Positions 19,559-27,372 of a stretch of DNA of 64,000 bases are shown here, piece after piece. Both the position numbers and the translations under genes were made by a program. Source of the DNA: Polyangiales bacterium (GTDB taxonomy: Bacteria > Myxococcota_A > Polyangia > Polyangiales > Ga0077539); assembly GCA_044229975.1 (NCBI GenBank), contig JBGARZ010000015.1, positions 96,001 through 160,000 on the forward strand, written 5' to 3'. Below the pieces are notes generated by a model that saw nothing but the letters and a program-made list of their open reading frames with translations, made no database searches and was not told where the DNA came from. How positions within the stretch are numbered: the first letter of the stretch is position 1; each line of letters opens with the position of its first letter.

Positions 19559-20443
19559 TCACCACGCTACGCCGAGGTTGAGCGCCGCACGCAGCGTCAC
19601 GCCTGCCGCACTGCCGAGCGTCTGCACCGCTGCCTCGGCGAAGAGCGGAACCGCCCGCCGACGGAAGCCAAACCCCCCGCCGAGCTGCGCGCCGAAGCCC
19701 GTCCCGGGCGTGTCGTCGTCGTCGAGCGAGGCGATCGGTCCGCCCATCAAGAACCACTGCACATCGCTGTGATTGCCGTCGGGCTCCCAGTGCAGGGTGA
19801 GCCCGAGGTGGTGGGTCGCGCCGACGCCGATGACGAAGGTGCGCGCGTACTCGGCCGTCAGCGCGAGCGACCCGTAGACCGAGTTGCCGCTGTCGGTGCT
19901 GCCCCGGATGACGCGCCGCACGCCCACGCGTGCCAGGGGCGCGAGCGCGAATTGCGCACCCGAGTGGGTGGCCGCGCCACCGGAGACGGAGGCCACGACG
20001 CTCACCGTGGGCTGCCAGTGGGCTTCGGTGTACGCCGCGTAGGACGGCTGGATGCGGGCGGCCTCGGCGAGGGTGAGGCCGTGGTCGGCGAGCCACGCGC
20101 CGAGCTCACCGTCATCGCAGAGGTCGTCGATGCGGGCGAGGTTGTGGTCACGGGCGATGCGAGCGACGAGCGCGTGGTGCCCGGTGGACTCCAGCAGGGC
20201 GGCCACGGCGCAGCGGGCGCCATCGTCATCGACGAAGACGGGCGTGAGCGACGGGGCGACGCGGTTGATGGGATAGCGACCCGCGTCGATGTACCGACCG
20301 AGCGCGCGGAGGGCGGCGCGGCGGCGGGTGCGCTGACGATCGGAGAGCGCGGCGGGTCGGGCCGCGCGAACAGCCCGGAGGGCGCGGGTGAGGTGGTCGC
20401 GGACGCGGCGGTGCTCGGGGGTGCTCATCGGGGTGGCGTGCAT
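19559..20443 (-). CDS. Uncharacterised N-domain fused to a C-terminal beta-barrel-like domain
   Basis: YIDAGRYPIN...PVFVDDDGARCAVAALL...GLTLAEAARIQPSY, then amphipathic strands ending LNLGVAW. Confidence 0.7.
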   Translation of the reverse strand: MHATPMSTPEHRRVRDHLTRALRAVRAARPAALSDRQRTRRRAALRALGRYIDAGRYPINRVAPSLTPVFVDDDGARCAVAALLESTGHHALVARIARDHNLARIDDLCDDGELGAWLADHGLTLAEAARIQPSYAAYTEAHWQPTVSVVASVSGGAATHSGAQFALAPLARVGVRRVIRGSTDSGNSVYGSLALTAEYARTFVIGVGATHHLGLTLHWEPDGNHSDVQWFLMGGPIASLDDDDTPGTGFGAQLGGGFGFRRRAVPLFAEAAVQTLGSAAGVTLRAALNLGVAW

Positions 20444-20465
20444 GGTAGATCGGTCGCCCCGGACG

Positions 20466-21383
20466 ATGTTCCTCCCCCTCGCCATGCAGCTCGCGGGCGC
20501 CCTCACCGTCACGCGCCCCACGGCCGTCTTCACCGAGTGGACCCTCCTCGACCGCGCCCCTCGCGTCGAGCACGTCACGGCCCGCGCCGACTATCGCCGC
20601 CGCGAGGGCGCCTTCGCGCTGCTCCCGCGCGTCCTCCAGCGCAATCCCCGACCCACCGCGCACGTCGCCGGGACCGGCTCGCCCCTCGCGGTGATCGCCC
20701 GCCCCGAGGGCTGGTGCGTCGCGCTCCCGCCGGGTGACCGGCCCGACCTCCGCATCGTGGCGAGCGTGGTGCGCCCCATTCCCCGCCCGCGCGCCTTCAA
20801 GACGTCGTGGCCGCGCTTCGTGGCGGAGGGCGTTCCGAGTCGTCAGCTCGTGCTGCTGCCGCTGTCCTTCGACGGGCGCATCCCCGACGGCTGGACCTGC
20901 CCCCGCGAGCCCATCGACGAGACCCCGTGCGTGACGCGCATCGAGCTCCCTGCGCCGCTGCCGCTCCGCCTCCCCGCGCTGCCGTCGCCGCCGTTCAGCA
21001 GGGCCCTCGCGGCGTCGCTGACGGTGCTCGCGTTGGCGCTCGCGTGGGGTCGCCCCGCGGGGCGCCTGGAGCGCTTCGCGGGCGCGGCGGGTGGCGCGAC
21101 GGTGGGCCTCGCAGTGGCGCTCGCGCTGGTGGGCGCATCGGTCACCGGCTGGGGCCCGGCGGTGTGCTGGACGGCTCCGGCGCTGGTCGGAGTGGGTGTG
21201 CTCGCGGCGCGCACGTCGACGGGCCGCGTGGTGGGGAGCGTGGCGATGGCGGTGGTTCCGCTGGCGGCGGTGGTGGGCGCGCGGGTGGAGTGGGTCGTCG
21301 GGGCGGTGGCGGCGCTCGCGGTGGTGGTGTTGGGGGCGGTCGGAGCGGGGCGGCGGTCGGCAGTGAGCGCGCTGCGGGGGTAA
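20466..21383 (+). CDS. Hypothetical membrane protein
   Basis: Pro-rich soluble N-region followed by about five hydrophobic helices; GC3 bias. Confidence 0.55.
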   Translation: MFLPLAMQLAGALTVTRPTAVFTEWTLLDRAPRVEHVTARADYRRREGAFALLPRVLQRNPRPTAHVAGTGSPLAVIARPEGWCVALPPGDRPDLRIVASVVRPIPRPRAFKTSWPRFVAEGVPSRQLVLLPLSFDGRIPDGWTCPREPIDETPCVTRIELPAPLPLRLPALPSPPFSRALAASLTVLALALAWGRPAGRLERFAGAAGGATVGLAVALALVGASVTGWGPAVCWTAPALVGVGVLAARTSTGRVVGSVAMAVVPLAAVVGARVEWVVGAVAALAVVVLGAVGAGRRSAVSALRG

Positions 21384-21439
21384 AGGGGGGCGACCGCAGA
21401 CCGCGTCGAAGTTGTGCGCGTCGCGCTGCGCCCGCCGCG

Positions 21440-21814
21440 TCAGGGCACGCCGCAGGACACGGACTCGAAGCGCGCGAAGTTGAAGTTCGGTCGCCGCCTG
21501 CAGAGCGGCACGCCGTTGCTGCACACGTTGGCGAAGTCGAGGTCGGTGCAGACGCACCCTGGCACCTCGTCGACGAAGAGCTGGCAGCTCCGGCCGTCGC
21601 AGTGGAAGCGCACCGCCGACCCCTGCTCCGAGGTCGCCGACATCGTGCACGTGCCGTTGCAGGCCCTCTCGCGAGACGCAGCGTCCTGGGCGATGCGCGG
21701 CAGGGCACACCCACCATCGTCGCTCGACCGGTCGACGAGCTCGGTGCGCGCGCCGCACCCGCCGACGAGCCACACCGCCGCCGCGAGCCAGGTTGCCCTC
21801 ACGCCCGCTCGCAT
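21440..21814 (-). CDS. Small Cys-rich lipoprotein
   Basis: Lipobox VGGC then CGARTEL; many further Cys; TGATG overlap with the methyltransferase stop. Confidence 0.7.
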   Translation of the reverse strand: MRAGVRATWLAAAVWLVGGCGARTELVDRSSDDGGCALPRIAQDAASRERACNGTCTMSATSEQGSAVRFHCDGRSCQLFVDEVPGCVCTDLDFANVCSNGVPLCRRRPNFNFARFESVSCGVP

Positions 21815-22602
21815 CACGGCCGAACGAAGCGCAGCACGAAGCGGTCGCTGGTGCCGCGCCGCTCGCCGGCCGTGCGCGGGCTGGCGCTCCAGTCGCGGAT
21901 GTCGGCGGGGTTGCGCATGAAGTCCGCCTCCGCGTCGAGGCGGAACCCCGCCGCGAGCACCTCCGCCACCAGCACCGACTGCTCGATGCGGTGCAGCGTC
22001 TGGACGTCGTCGACGCCGTGACCCGCCGCCGCGCTGTGGTCGATGATGGCGTAGACGCCACCCGGACGGAGCGCGTTGAAGACGGCGCGGTTCATGGCTG
22101 CGCGGTCGGTGTGTAGCCACACCGTGTCGTGGTACGAAAACAAGAAGAACACCGCGTCGAGGCCAGTGGCCTCCGGGGGAATCGGGCTATCGAGCTCGCG
22201 GTCGACGCGGGTGACGTTGCGCATCGGCGGCGTCGCGAGGCGGGTCGACCAGGGGGCCTCGGCGAAGCGTTCGAGGAGGAAGCGGTTGTTCTGGCCGAAG
22301 ACGCGTCCGTCGGGGCCCACCGCGCGGGCGAGGAGCTCGGCGGTGTACCCGCCGCCGGCGAAGAGCTCGGCCACGCGTTGACCAGGGCGCACGCCGAAGA
22401 ACGCCAGCGTCTCGGCGGGGTGGCGCCCGACGTCGAGGGCGCGGTCGTCGGCGCTCCGGTCGGGCGCGTCGACCACGGCGCGCAGGGCGTCGGGGACGCT
22501 CACCGCGGCAGCGGCCGTGACCGGAGCGGCGGTGTTGACGGGGCGCGACGGCGTGGTCGCGCACGAGGCGAGGGCGAGCAGGAGGACGGCGAGGTAGCGC
22601 AT
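21814..22602 (-). CDS. Class I SAM-dependent methyltransferase-like lipoprotein
   Basis: Lipobox LASC; RHPAETLAFFGVRPG, ELFAGGGYTAELL, LRPGGVYAIIDH, LHRI, SDRFVLRF. Confidence 0.88.
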   Translation of the reverse strand: MRYLAVLLLALASCATTPSRPVNTAAPVTAAAAVSVPDALRAVVDAPDRSADDRALDVGRHPAETLAFFGVRPGQRVAELFAGGGYTAELLARAVGPDGRVFGQNNRFLLERFAEAPWSTRLATPPMRNVTRVDRELDSPIPPEATGLDAVFFLFSYHDTVWLHTDRAAMNRAVFNALRPGGVYAIIDHSAAAGHGVDDVQTLHRIEQSVLVAEVLAAGFRLDAEADFMRNPADIRDWSASPRTAGERRGTSDRFVLRFVRP

Positions 22603-22674
22603 GGGTATCGGGTGGTAGCGGAGCGCGGACGAGGCGTCGAGTGGGGAGGTCGATGCGTGCGAGACTCGCGCGCG

Positions 22675-23065
22675 ATGAGGGTGCCCGCCTGCGCCGTCGA
22701 GGATCGCTCGCTGTCGCTGCCGCTGTACAAGCGGTTCGTCGTCGAGCCGGCGGTGCGGCTCATTCCTGCGAGTGTTCATCCCAACACCGTGACCCACCTC
22801 GCGCACCTGATGAGCCTCGGCGCCGCTGCTTGCGTCGTGCTCGGGCCCGCCGCCTCGGGGCTGCGCTTCGGCTGCGAAGCGGGGGGCCGCGACCGCGCTG
22901 GCCTTCGGCGGCCTCGCCGGGTGGTCGACCATCGCGCGCGCGACGCCTCCGGTCGTCGGCCTCACGGTGGTGCTGCTCTGCGTGGCGGTGTTCGGCGGGA
23001 TGCTCGCGCGCGACGTCGTGCGCGTGCGATCACGCCTGCTCGTAACCGACGCCCCGGCGGGCTGA
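22675..23065 (+). pseudogene. Internally deleted, frameshifted CDP-alcohol phosphatidyltransferase remnant
   Basis: N-terminus DRSLSLPLYKRFVVEP...IPASVHPNTVTHLAH (PNxxT motif); after about 22880 a different frame gives TM helices ATALAFGGLAGW...VAVFGGMLARD ending at TGA 23065; catalytic DxxDGxxAR absent. Confidence 0.65.
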
Positions 23066-23102
23066 CAACCTCGCAACCGAGCCCGCGCCTCATCCCGTCT
23101 GT

Positions 23103-23134
23103 CCCTTGCGACCCTCGCGCCCTGGCGGCCTTTT
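23103..23134. repeat. Solo arm of palindromic family A
   Basis: CCCTTGCGACCCTCGCGCCCTGGCGGCCTTTT matches the right arm of copy 2; no partner arm seen nearby. Confidence 0.75.
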
Positions 23135-23149
23135 CCCCGCCCCGCCCGC

Positions 23150-24421
23150 TCAGCGGTCGGTGGTCAGCTCGTCCAGCAGCACCCGCAGCGTCTCGGGCAG
23201 CGGCACCGCCCCGCTCAGCGCCGCGGCGGTCAGCGTGAACCCCGCGTCGACCATCCGGTACGCGTAGCGCGCCGTCGCGCCGTACCGCGCCTGCACCGCC
23301 GAGCCCAACAGCTCCGCGGCCTCCATCGCCTCCACCGGCGTCGCGGGCGTCGTCTTCAGCGCAAACCAGAACTGCGCCCCCAGCATGTATCCCTTCGCGC
23401 TGCCCATGGTGAGCTTCGCGAGAAACGTCCGCTCGTCGGGCCGCGCGAGCCGCGACGGCGGGAGCCGCGCCGCGAAGAGGTAGCGCGCCGACACCACCCG
23501 CACCTCCGGCGTCGCGAAGATGGGCGACGGCGTCGGCGAGCCCGTGGTGCGCGCCCGCAGCTCCTGCACGGCGCCCATCGCGGCGGCTTCGACGGCCGCG
23601 TCGAGCTGCATCGCGAAGTCACCCGCCGTCACCGGGCGCCTCTTCACGTCGAGCGAGAGCGCCTCCATCAGCACCTCCACCACCTCGCGCGGCGGCCGCG
23701 GCATGCGCCCCGGAACCACCGGCGGCGGCGCCGGGTTGCCCACCCGCATGAGCAGCTCGGAGAGGTCTTCCTTCACGTACGGGAGCTGCCCCGTGAGCAT
23801 CTCGTACAGCAGCAGCGCCGACGTGTAGATGTCGCTGCGGAAGTCCGCCGGCGACCCCAGCAATTGCTCTGGCGCCATGTACTCGGGCGTCCCGAGAATC
23901 TGCCCCGCGCGGGTCATCTTGGGGCCGTCGTCCATCGGGCGCGCGATGCCGAAGTCGATGAGCTTCAGCGTCTCGGAGCCGTGGTCGCCCTTCGCCATGA
24001 AGAGGTTGGACGGCTTCAGGTCGCGGTGCACCACGCCCGCCGCGTGGATGGCGCCGAGGCCCTCCAGCAAGCCCTTCTGCAACACCAGGGCTTCGCGCCA
24101 CGGGAGCGTCACGCGGCGCGCCATGCGGGTTTCGAGGGCTTCGCCGTCGAGGAGTTCCATGACGAGGCAGGGGGCGCCGTCGTCGAGGAGGCCGTAGTCG
24201 AGCACGCGCACCACGTTGGGGTGCTGCACCCGCGACATGAGCTGCGCCTCGCGCTCGAAGCGCTCGACGAGGTCGGCGCGCTCCTGCCGTTGCATCACCT
24301 TCACCGCCACGGGCAGCCCCAGCGTCGTCTGCCGCGCGCGGTAGACCTTGCCCATCCCTCCTTCGCCCAGCAGGTCTTCGATCACGTACCGCCCGAGCAC
24401 CGTCTCGTCAGGAGCCACCAC
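23150..24421 (-). CDS. Hanks-type serine/threonine protein kinase
   Basis: LGEGGMGKVY, VAVK, HRDLKPSN, DFG, GTPEYMAPEQ, SDIY; no TM helix. Confidence 0.95.
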   Translation of the reverse strand: MVAPDETVLGRYVIEDLLGEGGMGKVYRARQTTLGLPVAVKVMQRQERADLVERFEREAQLMSRVQHPNVVRVLDYGLLDDGAPCLVMELLDGEALETRMARRVTLPWREALVLQKGLLEGLGAIHAAGVVHRDLKPSNLFMAKGDHGSETLKLIDFGIARPMDDGPKMTRAGQILGTPEYMAPEQLLGSPADFRSDIYTSALLLYEMLTGQLPYVKEDLSELLMRVGNPAPPPVVPGRMPRPPREVVEVLMEALSLDVKRRPVTAGDFAMQLDAAVEAAAMGAVQELRARTTGSPTPSPIFATPEVRVVSARYLFAARLPPSRLARPDERTFLAKLTMGSAKGYMLGAQFWFALKTTPATPVEAMEAAELLGSAVQARYGATARYAYRMVDAGFTLTAAALSGAVPLPETLRVLLDELTTDR

Positions 24422-24429
24422 TGCGCTTC

Positions 24430-25668
24430 TCAGCCCTCTTCACCCGGCAGCATCGGCGCCGCCTGACCGATCTTGACCGCCGAACCCACGAACACCATCG
24501 GCCTCGTGCTCGTCCCTCCCAGCAGCACGCCGAGGTCGCCCTCGTCCATCTCCACCCGCATCCCAGGAACCCACCGCCCCACCACCTCCACCAGCGCCTG
24601 GTGCCAGCTCGGGTCGCTCCGCACCGACGCGCGCACGGCCAGCGCCGCGAGGAGGTCGGTGCCCTCCAGGTCGAAGTCCACCCCCGGCGGACAGCGCAGC
24701 ACCTCGTGCTCGTAGACCAGCTCCATCAGCCGCGCGATGGGGTGCCACCGCGACCGCGCCTCCGGTCGAAACGCCACGTCGTGCACCAGCGCGCAGGTGC
24801 GCAGCCGGTGCGGGTCGGTCTTCGATCGCCCCACGCTCAGCGTCGATCGGAGCTGGTCGAGCGAGCGCGTCGCCGCCGCCGGGAAGTCGTCCCCGCCGCG
24901 CGGCAGGAGCCCCGTGATGGCCACCGCCAGCGTCGCGTGCGCGCCCGCCCGCCGCGTCGCCACGTCGAGGCCCACGAGCCGCATCGCCGCCAGCGCCAGC
25001 GCCGTCGCCTGCACCGCGCGCCGCGGAATCGATCGCTCCCCCGGCGCCACTTCCAGGAAGCGCGTGGTCACCGCCGGGTCGGCCGCCGAGGCGCGCTCCA
25101 ACCGACGAAGAATGGCCGCCCCGCGCGACCAGCCCCACGGCCCGCCGCGCGCCGCGTTGATGTGCTCGGCGTCCATCAGCGCGCGCAACAACATCACCGC
25201 GGCAAAGCGCGCGGGCTCGACGGTCTCGCCCGCCGTGCCGGTGTGCGCGTCGCGAATCGCGCGCAGACGGATGCCCTCCATCTGCGGGGCGGTTCCGTGT
25301 CCCGAGGCGAGCTCGGCGCCGAGGGCGACGACGTCTTCGACGGCCGGGGCGAAGTCCACCGCGAGCTCGTGCACGCCGATGACGTCGAGCGCGTTGGCCA
25401 CCCGCAGCGAGCGCTGAAACCCGCCCGGGTCGAACATCACCAGCGCGTGGTCTTGAAACACCGCCTGCCGCACGAACTGCAACGTAAACGGCGGGTCGGA
25501 CGCCTCGATGCCCTGCACCAGCGCCTGCGCCACCTGCACGCTCACCGGGTGCGTGGTGCCGTGCACCGCGACGGTTCGCATGAGCACGAAGAGCCGCTCG
25601 ACCATCATGCGCGCGGTGCGCCCGGGGGCGTCTTCGGGCACCCACGACGTGCGTCGGCTGTCGGTCAT
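24430..25668 (-). CDS. Degenerate HD-GYP-like protein
   Basis: N-terminal VHGTTHP helix; HPIARLMELVYEHE and C-terminal GRWVPGMRVEMDEGDLGVL resemble HD-GYP C-termini; no HD or GYP residues; ATGA overlap. Confidence 0.55.
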   Translation of the reverse strand: MTDSRRTSWVPEDAPGRTARMMVERLFVLMRTVAVHGTTHPVSVQVAQALVQGIEASDPPFTLQFVRQAVFQDHALVMFDPGGFQRSLRVANALDVIGVHELAVDFAPAVEDVVALGAELASGHGTAPQMEGIRLRAIRDAHTGTAGETVEPARFAAVMLLRALMDAEHINAARGGPWGWSRGAAILRRLERASAADPAVTTRFLEVAPGERSIPRRAVQATALALAAMRLVGLDVATRRAGAHATLAVAITGLLPRGGDDFPAAATRSLDQLRSTLSVGRSKTDPHRLRTCALVHDVAFRPEARSRWHPIARLMELVYEHEVLRCPPGVDFDLEGTDLLAALAVRASVRSDPSWHQALVEVVGRWVPGMRVEMDEGDLGVLLGGTSTRPMVFVGSAVKIGQAAPMLPGEEG

Positions 25669-27329
25669 CGCCGCGCCGCCTCGAACTCTCGCAGTGACTT
25701 CAGCCGCGCCCGCAGCTCCGGCGGGTCGAGCAGCTCGCCCGGGTGCCACCGCGAGACCGTCGCCGCCGCGTCGAGGTCGGCCTCGGCCGCGTCGCACAGC
25801 GCGATGCGCGCCGCGAGCGCCATGCGCTTGGAGCGCACCAGCGGGATGCACACCTCGGCGTAGAGCCCGGCGCTCACCAGCGCGCGACCGAGCACCCGCA
25901 CGCTCTCCACCGACCACCCCTCACCGTGCTGCGCCTCGAAGGCGCCGGCGAGGGCGCGCACGCCAGGCGTCCCCGCTTCGATGCAGAGCGGGGCGAGCTG
26001 CGACTCGACGAAGCCGCCGGAGAGCTCGGCCCACCGCGAGCTGAGCGCCGCCGCGAGCTCGGGGCGCATCTCCGGGGGGAGGGAGGCGAGCAGCACCGGG
26101 AGCGCCGGCCGAGGGACGAGGGACATCAGCGGGGCGAGCAGCGCCGCGACGCCGTCGCGCTCGGCGAGCAGCGAGCCGAGGGCGTGGGCCTCGGGCGGCC
26201 GCAGCGTGGGGATGTCGAGCAGCGCGAGGAAGCGCGCCACGCCCAGCGACGTGACGATGCGCACGGCGATGTCGACGCAGGCGGTGTCCGTGGCGGCGCC
26301 GTCGAGCAGGGCGTGGCCGATGCGCGACGCGAGCTCGGGTGAGACCGCCGCGAGGAGGTTGGCGAGCACCCGGTGGCCTTCGGGGTCGTGGGCGAGGGCG
26401 CGCACCGCGGTGACCGGGAGGCCGGGGTCTTCGAGGTCGCGCAGCACGCGGCGCGCAAAGGGGTCGTTGCGGCGCACGCTGGAGGCGAGGAGGTCGACCA
26501 CGTCGACGTCGAAGTGGTCGCGCAGCGCGACGGCGAGCTGGCGGGCGAGGGCGTCGGGGGCGTAGTCGGTCTGCAACGCGGGGATCGCGATGATGGCCGT
26601 GGCCTCGCAGAGGTCCCACCGGGCGATGGCCTCGCAGTGGTAGCGGAGCGAGGCGCGCAGGGCCTCGTGCATGGCGGGCGGCGAGTCGTCGACCTCGGAC
26701 TCCAGCGAGGCGTCGAACTCCTCGCGCGTCGAGACGGCGTCGAGGTCGAGCGCGGCGAGCTCCACGGAGCCGGGCTCCAGCGCCTGCACGCCCGCGAGGC
26801 GCACCGCGACCAGGCCGCTTTCGAGGAAGCCGTCGGGGGCCACCACCGCGTCGGGCAGCGCGGTCTCCATGGACTCCATGAAGCTCGTCTGGAGCTCGAC
26901 CTCGAAGCCCGTCGCCGCGCCGCCGCCCCAGAGCCAGTCGCGGAAGCGTTCGAGCGAGGAGACCTCGGGCTCGCAGCGCGCGATCTCCTCGGCGAAGCTG
27001 CACAGCTCCTGGAGGGAGACCGTCTCGCGCGGCGTGACGAGCCGCAGCCCCGCCATGAACGCCGGGAGCAGCCATCGCACTTCTTCGGTGTCACCGCCGA
27101 GGGCGATGTGTTCGCGCACGAAGAGCTCGGTCGCCCCGAAGCGGATGGGGGTGCGGTCGAGGGCGAACCAAGCGTCCCGCAGACGCTGGGCTGCGACATC
27201 GATGGCAGACCCGTGGGTGCGCGCCGTCCGCACCAGCGAGTCGAGCGCGCGACCGAGGGTACGAACGTCCTTCGGCGACACGCCTGGGAGTGTACCGGAC
27301 ACCTTGAAGGTGGAGGATGGTGAACTCAC
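25665..27329 (-). CDS. Alpha-helical (HEAT-repeat-like) hypothetical protein
   Basis: 554 aa Ala/Leu-rich helical protein with an acidic mid-region; operon position between the kinase and the HD-GYP-like gene. Confidence 0.6.
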   Translation of the reverse strand: MSSPSSTFKVSGTLPGVSPKDVRTLGRALDSLVRTARTHGSAIDVAAQRLRDAWFALDRTPIRFGATELFVREHIALGGDTEEVRWLLPAFMAGLRLVTPRETVSLQELCSFAEEIARCEPEVSSLERFRDWLWGGGAATGFEVELQTSFMESMETALPDAVVAPDGFLESGLVAVRLAGVQALEPGSVELAALDLDAVSTREEFDASLESEVDDSPPAMHEALRASLRYHCEAIARWDLCEATAIIAIPALQTDYAPDALARQLAVALRDHFDVDVVDLLASSVRRNDPFARRVLRDLEDPGLPVTAVRALAHDPEGHRVLANLLAAVSPELASRIGHALLDGAATDTACVDIAVRIVTSLGVARFLALLDIPTLRPPEAHALGSLLAERDGVAALLAPLMSLVPRPALPVLLASLPPEMRPELAAALSSRWAELSGGFVESQLAPLCIEAGTPGVRALAGAFEAQHGEGWSVESVRVLGRALVSAGLYAEVCIPLVRSKRMALAARIALCDAAEADLDAAATVSRWHPGELLDPPELRARLKSLREFEAARR

Positions 27330-27372
27330 CCGAGGGAGTGGTGTCTTGGTCGCGGAGGGGGGTGAGAGGGGT

